The notes under the pieces were generated by a model that was not told the DNA's origin, searched no databases, and worked only from the letters and a program-made list of their open reading frames with translations. Made by a program: the position numbers and the translations under genes. From Bacteroidales bacterium (GTDB taxonomy: Bacteria; Bacteroidota; Bacteroidia; Bacteroidales; WCHB1-69), in assembly GCA_045222555.1 (NCBI GenBank), contig JBGUYY010000068.1, positions 32,877 through 96,876 of the forward strand: a DNA stretch of 64,000 nucleotides. Reading direction: 5' to 3'. Shown here piece after piece: positions 53,922 to 62,086 of this stretch; the stretch's first letter is position 1, and each line of letters opens with the position of its first letter.

Positions 53922-55420
53922 GATAAAAGGTCGTTTTGTGAGGATGAGTCGGAAGGGTTGGCCGGACGGCCGGAGATGGCAATGAGTCCGACGAAGGTGA
54001 GCAGTCCGTTGACAATCAGCAGTTCGAAGCCGAATTTGTAGCCCCACAGCAGCTGTTCGGAGTAGCGGTTGAGGAGGAGACAGAGGATAGGAGAGAGAAT
54101 GGCGATGACAGGCACGAGGGCGGGAATTTTGATACGGCGGCGGGTATAGATGCTGAACACGAACATGCCGAGAATAGGTCCGTAGGTGTAGCTGGCCACG
54201 TTGAAGATGATGGTGATCAATGAGTTATTGTGGTAGTTGGAGAAGATGATGATGGTGATGAGGAAGAGGATGGCGATGCCGACATGGATGAGGCGGCGGA
54301 TGCGGGTCTGCTTCTTTACATCGCTGGTGATGCGGTTGAGATGGATGAGGTCGTAGCACACGGAGGTGGTGAGGGCGGTGAGGGTGCCGTCGGCGCTGGA
54401 GTAGCCTGCCGAGATGAGGCCGATGGTGAAGATGATGGCGGTGGCCACGCCGAGGTGGTTGAAGGCGATTTCGGGATAGATCCGGTCGGTCTTGCCGTTG
54501 GCGATGAAACCGGCGAGGTCGATACCTTTGTTCTGTGCGTAGATGAGCAGCAGTCCGCCGAGGAAGAGGAAGAGTGCGTTGGCCACCACGAGGATGCCGG
54601 AGAAGGTGAGCATGTTGCGGCGTGCGTCCTTCAGGTTCTTGCAGGTCAGGTTCTTCTGCATCATATCTTGGTCGAGACCGGTCATCACGATGGTGATGAA
54701 CATGCCGCTGACGATCTGTTTGACGAAGAAGTTGGACTGATGCCAGTCGGTCTCGAAGAGTTGGGTGTGCCCGCCAGCCTTCATCTGTTGCCAAATATCC
54801 GAAATGGGCATTCCCATCTGCTTGATGATGATGGTGATGGTGAGGATGAGGGCGGCGAGCATGAAGGTGGTTTGCAGGGTGTCGGTCCACACCACAGTCT
54901 TGATGCCGCCGCGGAAGGTATAGAGTAGGATGATGATGACCATGCCGGTGGCGGTGAGCCAGATGGGGATGCCCATCGCATCGAAGACGAAAGTCTGCAG
55001 CACGAAAATCACGAGGTACATCCGCAGGGCAGAGCCGAGCAGGCGCGACAGGATGAAGAAGAGGGAGCCGGTTTTGTGGGCCGAGCCTCCCATGCGCTGC
55101 TCGAGAATCTCATATACAGAGGTGACATTATTCTTATAGTATAGAGGAAGGAGCACGTAGGCGATGGTGATGTAGCCGAGGATGTATCCGAGCACGATGC
55201 CGAAGTAGGTGAAGTGGATGTTGGCCACGTCGCCGGGCACCGACATAAAGGTAACTCCCGACAGCGATGCACCGATCATGCCGTAGGCCACCACAAACCA
55301 CGGCGATTTGCGGTTGCCGGTGAAGTAGCTGGCGTTGTCGGCCTTGCGGGCGGAGAACCACATGACGACAAACAGCAGGATGGTGTAGGCCGCGAAGAAA
55401 AAGAGAATCAGATTGCCCAT
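53918..55420 (-). CDS. Sodium:solute symporter (SSF) family transporter
   Basis: Start set at MGNLILFFF (55420), 24 nt after the -7 box at 55445..55452. ~13 TM segments. The SSF-like N-terminal block is ADNASYFTGNRKSPWFVVAYGMIGASLSGVTFMSVPG. 4-nt ATGA overlap with nth. Confidence 0.85.
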   Translation of the reverse strand: MGNLILFFFAAYTILLFVVMWFSARKADNASYFTGNRKSPWFVVAYGMIGASLSGVTFMSVPGDVANIHFTYFGIVLGYILGYITIAYVLLPLYYKNNVTSVYEILEQRMGGSAHKTGSLFFILSRLLGSALRMYLVIFVLQTFVFDAMGIPIWLTATGMVIIILLYTFRGGIKTVVWTDTLQTTFMLAALILTITIIIKQMGMPISDIWQQMKAGGHTQLFETDWHQSNFFVKQIVSGMFITIVMTGLDQDMMQKNLTCKNLKDARRNMLTFSGILVVANALFLFLGGLLLIYAQNKGIDLAGFIANGKTDRIYPEIAFNHLGVATAIIFTIGLISAGYSSADGTLTALTTSVCYDLIHLNRITSDVKKQTRIRRLIHVGIAILFLITIIIFSNYHNNSLITIIFNVASYTYGPILGMFVFSIYTRRRIKIPALVPVIAILSPILCLLLNRYSEQLLWGYKFGFELLIVNGLLTFVGLIAISGRPANPSDSSSQNDLLS

Positions 55421-55444
55421 GCCAAATTGGTTATCAATACGCTG

Positions 55445-55452
55445 CAAAGGTA
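55445..55452 (-). promoter_or_regulatory. -7 box TACCTTTG
   Basis: Lies 24 nt upstream of the symporter ATG at 55420 and supports that start. Confidence 0.5.
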
Positions 55453-55631
55453 CGTGTTTTTTCTCAATTTTGATGTGATTTGTCCGAAATTTTATGCACA
55501 ATCTAATGTGACTAATGTGGAATAGTTGTTGTAAAGGATGGGGATGAAAAGATTAATTATTTTTTAATCAGAGATTTATCTATGAATAAAAATTTTTTTG
55601 CAGAAAAGTGTGCCAGCAAATAAAAAAATTG

Positions 55632-55639
55632 TATTTTTG
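55632..55639 (+). promoter_or_regulatory. -7 box TATTTTTG
   Basis: Lies 46 nt upstream of tRNA-Thr. Likely promoter of the three-tRNA operon. Confidence 0.55.
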
Positions 55640-55685
55640 CAGCCTCGAAAACGATGGACGTTATTTGAAATCGAACACAGCACAG

Positions 55686-55758
55686 GCCGATATAGCTCAG
55701 TTGGTAGAGCAGCTGATTTGTAATCAGCCGGTCGCCGGTTCGAGTCCGTCTATCGGCT
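55686..55758 (+). tRNA. tRNA-Thr (anticodon TGT)
   Basis: Cloverleaf folded by hand. Acceptor GCCGATA/TATCGGC, D-arm GCTC-AGTTGGTA-GAGC, anticodon arm GCTGA-TTTGTAA-TCAGC, and T-loop TTCGAGT. There is one C-U mismatch in the T-stem. Confidence 0.85.
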
Positions 55759-55762
55759 CGCC

Positions 55763-55847
55763 GGGGGGGTACCAGAGCGGTCAAATGGGGCAGACTGTAA
55801 ATCTGTTGGCTTAGCCTTCGGAGGTTCGAATCCTCCCCCCCCCACCA
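55763..55847 (+). tRNA. tRNA-Tyr (anticodon GTA), class II with a long variable arm, CCA encoded
   Basis: Acceptor GGGGGGG/CCCCCCC, anticodon loop CTGTAAA, variable arm GGCTTAGCC, T-arm GGAGG-TTCGAAT-CCTCC, then ACCA. Confidence 0.9.
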
Positions 55848-55851
55848 ACCT

Positions 55852-55927
55852 GCGGTAGTAGCTCATTTGGTAGAGCGGCAGCCTTCCAAGCTGCAGGTAG
55901 CGGGTTCGAGACCCGTCTACCGCTCCA
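55852..55927 (+). tRNA. tRNA-Gly (anticodon TCC), CCA encoded
   Basis: Acceptor GCGGTAG/CTACCGC, D-arm GCTC-ATTTGGTA-GAGC, anticodon arm GCAGC-CTTCCAA-GCTGC, T-loop TTCGAGA, then TCCA. Confidence 0.9.
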
Positions 55928-55940
55928 CAGAACAAAACTA

Positions 55941-55971
55941 AAGCACCTTATTTCGATAAGGTGCTTTTTTT
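55941..55971 (+). terminator. Rho-independent terminator after the tRNA cluster, probably bidirectional
   Basis: A perfect 10-bp stem AAGCACCTTA / TAAGGTGCTT with loop TTTCGA, followed by a T-run. On the other strand it follows the stop of the convergent gene at 55996. Confidence 0.8.
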
Positions 55972-55995
55972 GTGCTCTGCAAGAAGCCTGTGATT

Positions 55996-57213
55996 TTACT
56001 TGATTTCTATGCCTATACCGGTCAAATGCCCTTTTTTAGTAAATGTATAGGAGATTCTCCTGCTGTTCACGGGCAGTGATGCCATGCAATCAACCACCAA
56101 GACATAGTGGTTCTTCACCCGCTCTACGGAACGCAAAACTCCGTTGACGGAGAAGTCGAACCCGCGTGATGCCAGATCTTTTTCGATATAAGCCATCATT
56201 TTGCCAATCGCGGGCACCCACTCTTCCGACACGTATGGTTCCTTCCATCCGGAACCGTACAGACCGGCATCTGTGTACAACCATCGTCCTTTGGAGTCAA
56301 AACCATCGCGTGATCCGTCTCTTCCAGTTATCAAATAATATTCCTTTGACAACTCTCTGAGACGCTTGCCTCGCCTTACCTTAGGATGAAAACGATGTAT
56401 TTCGCTAATATCGCATTGTTGAATCACGTTTAGGATTCCTTTCTGTACCTGTTGGGGCAAACTCTCCCAGAAGCATGGTCCCCAAAAGAAGCCTCCTCGG
56501 ATTACACATTCCTGTGACAAACCAAAGCGTTCCTTGCAGCGTCCTTTGACAAGGTAATTGATAGGCCCATTGATATTGTAGGCTATCATCTGACCTTGTG
56601 AGAGATTCAGTGAGGCTCTCCAATAATCGTCGTCGCCGTCTCTGACGACAAGGTAAGTCTGTTCCGGGTGCTGGCCGTCGTGAGGGATGAAAAAGTTGAT
56701 ATGCACACAAGTGTCTCCGTTTGTTTTTTGATAGAAAATGTATTGTCGGTGATATTGGTAGAACCAAGGTGCAGTAAAGGGACGTGGGATGAAATGCACT
56801 TCATCGGTAATCCGGTTTAATTCATCAACGAGCAGTTGTTCAGTGCGTTGCACCTCCATCAAACCAATAGGAATGCGGTTTCCTTCATTTTGGCTTTTAT
56901 CATACATATCTTCAAAATGCATTTCCTCACCGGGCAGTGCTTCAAGGATGTAGCCGGTCACTCCGGTATCGGCATGGCATTCCAGAAAACGGGTAGCGAC
57001 GAAAGAAGAACTATGGTATTGATACTTTACGGGGACATTGCTGACGACCTCTTCGATGCCCGTTAGGTGAATGGCTTCGAGACGTTTCGGGACTTGAGCG
57101 GACATGGACGCTATGGTTGTCCATAACATCAAGAAAATCATCAGGATTTGAATAAAATTCAATCCCCGTGTCTCATTCAATAGCCGTGACTCGAATTGCG
57201 AAAAGGCGGTCAT
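55996..57213 (-). CDS. Hypothetical exported/membrane-anchored protein, no recognisable family
   Basis: Start set at MTAFSQFESRLL (57213), 20 nt after the -7 box at 57233..57240. The ORF-track extension overlaps the upstream gene. Hydrophobic segment FIQILMIFLMLWTTIASMSAQ. I recognise no motif. Confidence 0.6.
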   Translation of the reverse strand: MTAFSQFESRLLNETRGLNFIQILMIFLMLWTTIASMSAQVPKRLEAIHLTGIEEVVSNVPVKYQYHSSSFVATRFLECHADTGVTGYILEALPGEEMHFEDMYDKSQNEGNRIPIGLMEVQRTEQLLVDELNRITDEVHFIPRPFTAPWFYQYHRQYIFYQKTNGDTCVHINFFIPHDGQHPEQTYLVVRDGDDDYWRASLNLSQGQMIAYNINGPINYLVKGRCKERFGLSQECVIRGGFFWGPCFWESLPQQVQKGILNVIQQCDISEIHRFHPKVRRGKRLRELSKEYYLITGRDGSRDGFDSKGRWLYTDAGLYGSGWKEPYVSEEWVPAIGKMMAYIEKDLASRGFDFSVNGVLRSVERVKNHYVLVVDCMASLPVNSRRISYTFTKKGHLTGIGIEIK

Positions 57214-57221
57214 AGGATTTG

Positions 57222-57284
57222 ATTTCACCCCGCAAAAATACAAATAAATTGAAAATTGAGAATTGAAAACTGAAAATTGAAATA
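57222..57284 (-). repeat. Copy B of the promoter-bearing repeat, extended by GCGGGGTGAAAT
   Basis: The gene-sense strand reads TATTTCAATTTTCAGTTTTCAATTCTCAATTTTCAATTTATTTGTATTTTTGCGGGGTGAAATC. It lies directly upstream of the ATG at 57213. Confidence 0.8.
57233..57240 (-). promoter_or_regulatory. -7 box TATTTTTG inside repeat copy B
   Basis: Lies 19 nt upstream of the ATG at 57213. Confidence 0.55.
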
Positions 57285-57287
57285 ACC

Positions 57288-58493
57288 CTACTCTCCGTAC
57301 GTTATCGTCCTGGTTGTTCGTGCTGACAGCTTCCCGTCGATGAACTCCTCGCATTCTGTCCAATTGCCATGCTCGTCGTACTGATACTTAAACGTATATT
57401 GGCATTTCCAATTGTTATCATCTTTCCTTTCGCATGAGCCGGAATCTTGAAGGCTGTCCAGCCCGCGTGCGCCTCGAACAAAGAGAACGGGATTCCCCAG
57501 AAAGGTCTTCTGGATGACATTGCCCTGTGAATCGTATTCGTACAAGATGGTATGGATTGAAATTGTTGAACCTCTGTTATAAAAATCATAGATAGTACCT
57601 AGTTTGCCAAAGTTGGTGATGGAGAGAACCCTTCCAGCACTGTCATATTGGTATCGAATGCCAGTGGAATCTTTGGGATTGCTGACTGCACGCGGCTTTG
57701 ACAAAGCGGATGTTTTGGGATAAATAGGGAGGGTGTATATGTTATTGACAGAGTAATAATGTATTATGCTATCTATCTGATTTTCTTTGTTGTATATGTA
57801 AGTGGTGAGATGATTCATCCATCCATTAGAAAATGTGAAAATTGCGGTAGGACGGTTGCAGGAGTCGTATTCTATACCTTCCACATACTGCCAGAATAAG
57901 GTGTCGCTGTGCCCTTTTCCGGTGAGGGTCTGGTAAGCTGCAGGCATACCGTTTTTGAAGGTGTAGCGCACCTTCTGTTCTGAAAATTCCAACCGGCATC
58001 CCTTCCCCTGATTTCCCATAGGATTGTATATTTTGGGTGGGTACAGTTCTCCCAATCGCAGCTGGTATTGAGCCGCCTTCATCCTCTTGATTTGTTGCAC
58101 ATGGATGCTGTGTATTTCTTTTACGACTGTTTGGTGTAAAGTATCGAACGAGTATTGGGCCGTTTCTATCGGGGCTGCCTCCCATCGAAACACGGAAACT
58201 GATTGGTTGTGATGGGAGTGTTTTCTTGCATGCCACCTAACACTGTAATCTGTATAATTGGGTATTCCGTAGTTGTATCTGACTTCTTGTATGTCCGCAA
58301 TGTTGCCATTGAACACCATCGGACACTGCTCGCTCAACCACGTATTATCACTGTGGTGAGGAAAAATATCTGCATAATGGCTTTCTCCTATAATCTGTTT
58401 GGCTTCACGCTTCAATTCTTTGTCAATCTGTGCGTTGGCAGATAGAGCGAGGGACAAAAGCAATGTATAGACGAAAAAGACTTTGCGGTTCAT
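57288..58493 (-). CDS. Hypothetical secreted protein with YD-repeat-like motifs
   Basis: Start set at MNRKVFFVYTLLLSLALSANAQ (58493). The GTG at 58511 lies too close to the -7 box at 58516..58523. The C-terminal third carries IRYQYDSAGRVLSITNF, ILYEYDSQGNVIQKTF and FKYQYDEHGNWTECEEF, which resemble YD/RHS-type repeats. Confidence 0.6.
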   Translation of the reverse strand: MNRKVFFVYTLLLSLALSANAQIDKELKREAKQIIGESHYADIFPHHSDNTWLSEQCPMVFNGNIADIQEVRYNYGIPNYTDYSVRWHARKHSHHNQSVSVFRWEAAPIETAQYSFDTLHQTVVKEIHSIHVQQIKRMKAAQYQLRLGELYPPKIYNPMGNQGKGCRLEFSEQKVRYTFKNGMPAAYQTLTGKGHSDTLFWQYVEGIEYDSCNRPTAIFTFSNGWMNHLTTYIYNKENQIDSIIHYYSVNNIYTLPIYPKTSALSKPRAVSNPKDSTGIRYQYDSAGRVLSITNFGKLGTIYDFYNRGSTISIHTILYEYDSQGNVIQKTFLGNPVLFVRGARGLDSLQDSGSCERKDDNNWKCQYTFKYQYDEHGNWTECEEFIDGKLSARTTRTITYGE

Positions 58494-58504
58494 GGCGGTT
58501 TGGA

Positions 58505-58563
58505 ATTTCACCCCGCAAAAATACGAATAAATTGAAAATGGAAAATGGAAAACTTAAAATTAC
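58505..58563 (-). repeat. Copy C of the promoter-bearing repeat, extended by GCGGGGTGAAAT
   Basis: The gene-sense strand reads GTAATTTTAAGTTTTCCATTTTCCATTTTCAATTTATTCGTATTTTTGCGGGGTGAAATT. It has 7 mismatches to copy B over ~59 nt, by hand count. Confidence 0.75.
58516..58523 (-). promoter_or_regulatory. -7 box TATTTTTG inside repeat copy C
   Basis: Lies 22 nt upstream of the ATG at 58493. Confidence 0.55.
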
Positions 58564-58573
58564 CGACCTTAGA

Positions 58574-58607
58574 CAAAAAGAGGGTTCCAGCAATGCTGAC
58601 ACCCTCT
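58574..58607 (-). terminator. Rho-independent terminator of the flavoprotein gene
   Basis: On the minus strand: AGAGGGT..CAGC-ATT-GCTG..ACCCTCT followed by TTTTTG. It begins 24 nt after the stop at 58631. Confidence 0.6.
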
Positions 58608-58630
58608 ATATTCAATAATGAACGAAAATC

Positions 58631-61600
58631 CTATTTGAAGGCGTTCTCGCACAGGCCGTCGCCGCTGAGCAACAGACGATCCATGTACGCAGGAACTTCC
58701 TTGCCCATGTACTTGTCCACGTAGATCTTGGCAAGGTACTGTCCCAGCATGAATCCGTGGCCTTGCAAGCCGACGAGCAAGCCGTGGCCCGGGTCGATGA
58801 TGTAGCGCGGCTCGGTGTAGTAGCCCGCCCAGAAGGCCTGGAAGCTGACAGCACCCAGCTGCGGGATCCACTCGCGGAACATCTCGGAGCAGATTTCGAG
58901 GAAGTCCTGGGCGTTGTACTTCAGGTTCTTGCCCGCTTCGGCGGAGTCGGTACCTGGAGAAGCACAACCGATAATCTGGCCCGTCTCCTTGAACTGCTGT
59001 CCGTAAACGGCGGAGAAGCCTTTGTAACGGCGGCGGTCGATGAGCATGTCGAGGCATTCGCCATCCTTACCCAACATCGGCAGACGGCCGGTGATAAAGG
59101 CTTGGTGCTTAATGGGATAAAGACCTGTTTCAATACTCAACTGTTTGGCGAACTTGGCGGCCTGATAACCTAAGGCGTTGACGAAGTGCTCGCAGTGGTA
59201 CTCCACATACTCTTTGTCGTGGGTGTAAACCAGTGCCATGAAGCCCTTGGCCGTGCGCTGCACTTCCACCAAGCGGCAGTCTTCGAGCAGCACGCCGCCC
59301 TTCTCGCAGGCGAGGTGACGGATGTAGTCGATGACCTTGCCGGGCGTGGCCTGCCAGCAGTTGTTGGTGACGCAGGCAGCGCTGTAAGTCTCGAGTTTCG
59401 GGTTGAAGTAGGGAGAAATCTCCTTCTGGAAATCCTTGCGATCAACCATGTATCCGTCAGACCAGCCGAGGGAGGCCTCCAAGGACTTGTAGGTGGCTTC
59501 ATCGTGGGCGAAGCCGACATAGCGGATGGGGTAGTAGCCCACATCGGTCTTGCTTTGCAACTCGCGGAAGATGTCCTGGTTGTGGTTGGCGATGTCGGCG
59601 ATTTCGGGAACGGAGAATGCCGGACGGCCGCCACCGATGCAGCGCCATGAGGAACCGCGTTCGGCATTGCAAAGCACGGTCTTCTTGCCGCTTTCAGCGA
59701 AATAGCGGAACAGGCCGCTACCAGCAATACCGCCGCCTGCCACAAACACGTCGCATTCCACCTTGCGGGTGGCTTTCTTCACGTCGGTGATAAATTCTTT
59801 CGGCAGGTCGTTGGGTTGCATCTCGTTGATGGTAAGCTGGTTGGAGAGCGGTCCACGCGGGGTGGCGTCGCCCACCACCTCGATGCCGTAACCGCGCAGC
59901 AGCTGCTTCACACGCGGGATGCAGCGTTTGCCACGGCAGGTTCCCATACCGATTCTCGTGGTGTGCTTCAGCTCGTCCACGGAGATGATCTTGCGGTCGC
60001 CGATGACCTTCAGCAGCTTGTCGAGCTGCACGTCCTCGCAGTGGCAGACGTAGGCGGGTGACTTTTCGTCCTTGGCGGCTGCCATCTGTACCTTTTCGCC
60101 AAACTTCTCTTTGAGGATGAAGCCAGTGACTTCGGTCATCTTTTCGCCCTTGACATCCAGCGCTTTCACGCGGGCCACATTGGTCTTGTTGGGGTTGACT
60201 TTGATGTTTTCCACCACACCTTCGCCCACCTTTTCGCCCTTGTCGTTGATGAGCACCACTTCGGCACCCTTCTCCACGTGGTATTCAATGGGGAGGAAGA
60301 GCCACTCTTTCTGCAAGTTATAGCCGAAGATGGCCAAACCCGGACAGTGGGATACGCACTCCATACAGCCGATGCACTTGTTGTAGTCGATGACCGGCAC
60401 GGTGGAGGTGCTGGACTTGGTGATGGCACCTTGCGGGCAGGAGAAGGAGCAGGGGTTGCAGGCGAAGCCGTAGAGGCAGTCGGCCACCACGAAGCCCTTC
60501 TCGTTCATCCGTTCGGTGGTGGGCTTGTTGGGAGTCTCCAGCACACGGACGGGATGTTGTTGGGAGTCAATATATTGCTTGGAGATGGCGAGATAGTCGT
60601 CGTAGTTGACGCGCTTGCCCATCTGCATGGCGATTTCGAGGGCGACCTGTTTGCCGCGGAGCACGGCGCAGGTGCCTTCGCCCACGCGCACGGCGTCGCC
60701 CGCGCCGAAGGTGTTGAGACCGAACACCTGGCGGCCTTTCAGCAGCAGCTGGTTGTCGGGGATGAGGCCGGTACATATATTAATCACGTCGATGCCTTCA
60801 ATGGTCTTTTCAGTACCAGGCACGGGTTTGAAGTTCTTGCATTCGGCGATGACGGCGCCGACGATGCCGGTGTGGTCATCGTTGGGGATGGCGCGCAGCA
60901 GCACGTGTGAGGTGTAGATCGGAATGCCGAGACGGCGCACACGGTTGGCCTGCACGGGGAAACCACCCTCGTGGTCCATGGCCTCCACGATGGCGACGAC
61001 TTTCGCGCCGGCCTGCGTGGCCTGGTAGGAGGTGAGGTAGCCGATGTTGCCGGCACCGATGGAGAGGATGCGCTTGCCGAGGAGGGTGTGCTCCACGTTC
61101 ATCATCTTCTGGACGACGGCGGCGGTATAAACGCCCGGTAGGTCGTCGTTCTCAAATACCGGCATGAACGGAACAGCACCAGTAGCCACTACCAGATATT
61201 CGGCGTCCACGTAGTAGATGCTGCCGTCTTTCAGGTTCTTGACGGCCACGCGGGGACCTTCGAGCAGATCCCAAACGGTGGAGTTGAGGAAGATGCCGCT
61301 GTGGTCGTCGCCGGCCAGCGTCTTGGCGATGTCGAAACCACGCATGCCACCGTACAGTTTTTCTTTCTCAAAGAAGAAGAACTGGTGGGTCTGCATGTTG
61401 AATTGACCGCCGACGCGCTCGTTGTTGTCGATGACGATATTGCTGATACCCTGCTCGTTGAGCATCTCACGGCAGGCCAACCCGGCAGGGCCAGCACCGA
61501 TGATGACCACTTGGGTCTTGTAAATCTTCTGGGTCTGCTGTTGCGGCTCAGCGGCCTGCGGGAAGTAGTTCTGGGGAATCTCCCGCACCTCCTTTACACC

Positions 61601-61855
61601 GTCAACGGGGGTGATGCATATTCTCTTGATGACGCCGTCCACCAGCATCTGGCAGGCACCGCACTTGCCGATGCCGCACTCGAGGGAGCGCTCGCGGCCG
61701 TCGATGCTGTGGCTGTGGATGGGAAAGCCAGCCTGGTGCAGGGCTGCAGCAATGGTGTAGCCCTTGTGTCCCGTCACCTTTTGTCCGTTAAAGGTAAAAA
61801 CGACTTCTTCCGTTTTCGGAATGTCTAAAATCGGATGTTCATTAATTTTATACAT
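58631..61855 (-). CDS. 1074-aa fused iron-sulfur flavoprotein (opine/sarcosine oxidase, HCN synthase, archaeal proline dehydrogenase type, all subunits in one chain)
   Basis: Five parts in order. N-terminal 2Fe-2S module (ECGIGKCGACQMLVDG). FAD/NAD(P) Rossmann domain (VVIIGAGPAGLA plus a second GAGNIGY). A 2x[4Fe-4S] ferredoxin insert (CNPCSFSCP, CIGCMECVSHCP). A BFD-like 2Fe-2S module (YVCHCEDV...GMGTCRGKRC). A C-terminal DAO-type FAD oxidoreductase (VFVAGGGIAGSG). Confidence 0.8.
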   Translation of the reverse strand: MYKINEHPILDIPKTEEVVFTFNGQKVTGHKGYTIAAALHQAGFPIHSHSIDGRERSLECGIGKCGACQMLVDGVIKRICITPVDGVKEVREIPQNYFPQAAEPQQQTQKIYKTQVVIIGAGPAGLACREMLNEQGISNIVIDNNERVGGQFNMQTHQFFFFEKEKLYGGMRGFDIAKTLAGDDHSGIFLNSTVWDLLEGPRVAVKNLKDGSIYYVDAEYLVVATGAVPFMPVFENDDLPGVYTAAVVQKMMNVEHTLLGKRILSIGAGNIGYLTSYQATQAGAKVVAIVEAMDHEGGFPVQANRVRRLGIPIYTSHVLLRAIPNDDHTGIVGAVIAECKNFKPVPGTEKTIEGIDVINICTGLIPDNQLLLKGRQVFGLNTFGAGDAVRVGEGTCAVLRGKQVALEIAMQMGKRVNYDDYLAISKQYIDSQQHPVRVLETPNKPTTERMNEKGFVVADCLYGFACNPCSFSCPQGAITKSSTSTVPVIDYNKCIGCMECVSHCPGLAIFGYNLQKEWLFLPIEYHVEKGAEVVLINDKGEKVGEGVVENIKVNPNKTNVARVKALDVKGEKMTEVTGFILKEKFGEKVQMAAAKDEKSPAYVCHCEDVQLDKLLKVIGDRKIISVDELKHTTRIGMGTCRGKRCIPRVKQLLRGYGIEVVGDATPRGPLSNQLTINEMQPNDLPKEFITDVKKATRKVECDVFVAGGGIAGSGLFRYFAESGKKTVLCNAERGSSWRCIGGGRPAFSVPEIADIANHNQDIFRELQSKTDVGYYPIRYVGFAHDEATYKSLEASLGWSDGYMVDRKDFQKEISPYFNPKLETYSAACVTNNCWQATPGKVIDYIRHLACEKGGVLLEDCRLVEVQRTAKGFMALVYTHDKEYVEYHCEHFVNALGYQAAKFAKQLSIETGLYPIKHQAFITGRLPMLGKDGECLDMLIDRRRYKGFSAVYGQQFKETGQIIGCASPGTDSAEAGKNLKYNAQDFLEICSEMFREWIPQLGAVSFQAFWAGYYTEPRYIIDPGHGLLVGLQGHGFMLGQYLAKIYVDKYMGKEVPAYMDRLLLSGDGLCENAFK

Positions 61856-61921
61856 AAAAAAGAGGTAAATAATTGGTTGTCAGTATAATTTGGTTGTTTG
61901 ATGGATGTGCTAAAGCAACCG

Positions 61922-61929
61922 CAAATTTA
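61922..61929 (-). promoter_or_regulatory. -7 box TAAATTTG
   Basis: Lies 66 nt upstream of the flavoprotein ATG at 61855. Confidence 0.45.
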
Positions 61930-62001
61930 GTTTTTTTTATCTAACCATCGTGCGGTCATTAAAAAAATGTTGAAAAATGTTTGAGATGTTGCCTAAAATC
62001 G

Positions 62002-62009
62002 TACTTTTG
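62002..62009 (+). promoter_or_regulatory. -7 box TACTTTTG
   Basis: Lies 77 nt upstream of the M20 amidohydrolase ATG at 62087. Confidence 0.45.
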
Positions 62010-62086
62010 CCGTCAGTGACTGCATCATCATATATGAAAGTTGGTTGTTTGTAAAATATTGTTTTTCAATTGAATGATTATTGACT

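Noticed and set aside
55735-55750. C-U mismatch in the T-stem of tRNA-Thr, suggesting a pseudo-tRNA
   Set aside because: All other arms, the conserved T-loop and the D-loop are intact, and the gene is co-linear with two canonical tRNAs. A single stem mismatch is tolerated in functional tRNAs.
55928-58630. Integrative element inserted at the tRNA-Gly 3' end
   Set aside because: I found no integrase, excisionase or mobilisation gene, and no direct repeat of the tRNA-Gly 3' end at the far side (58520..58630). I retained it only as a possible accessory islet in the findings.
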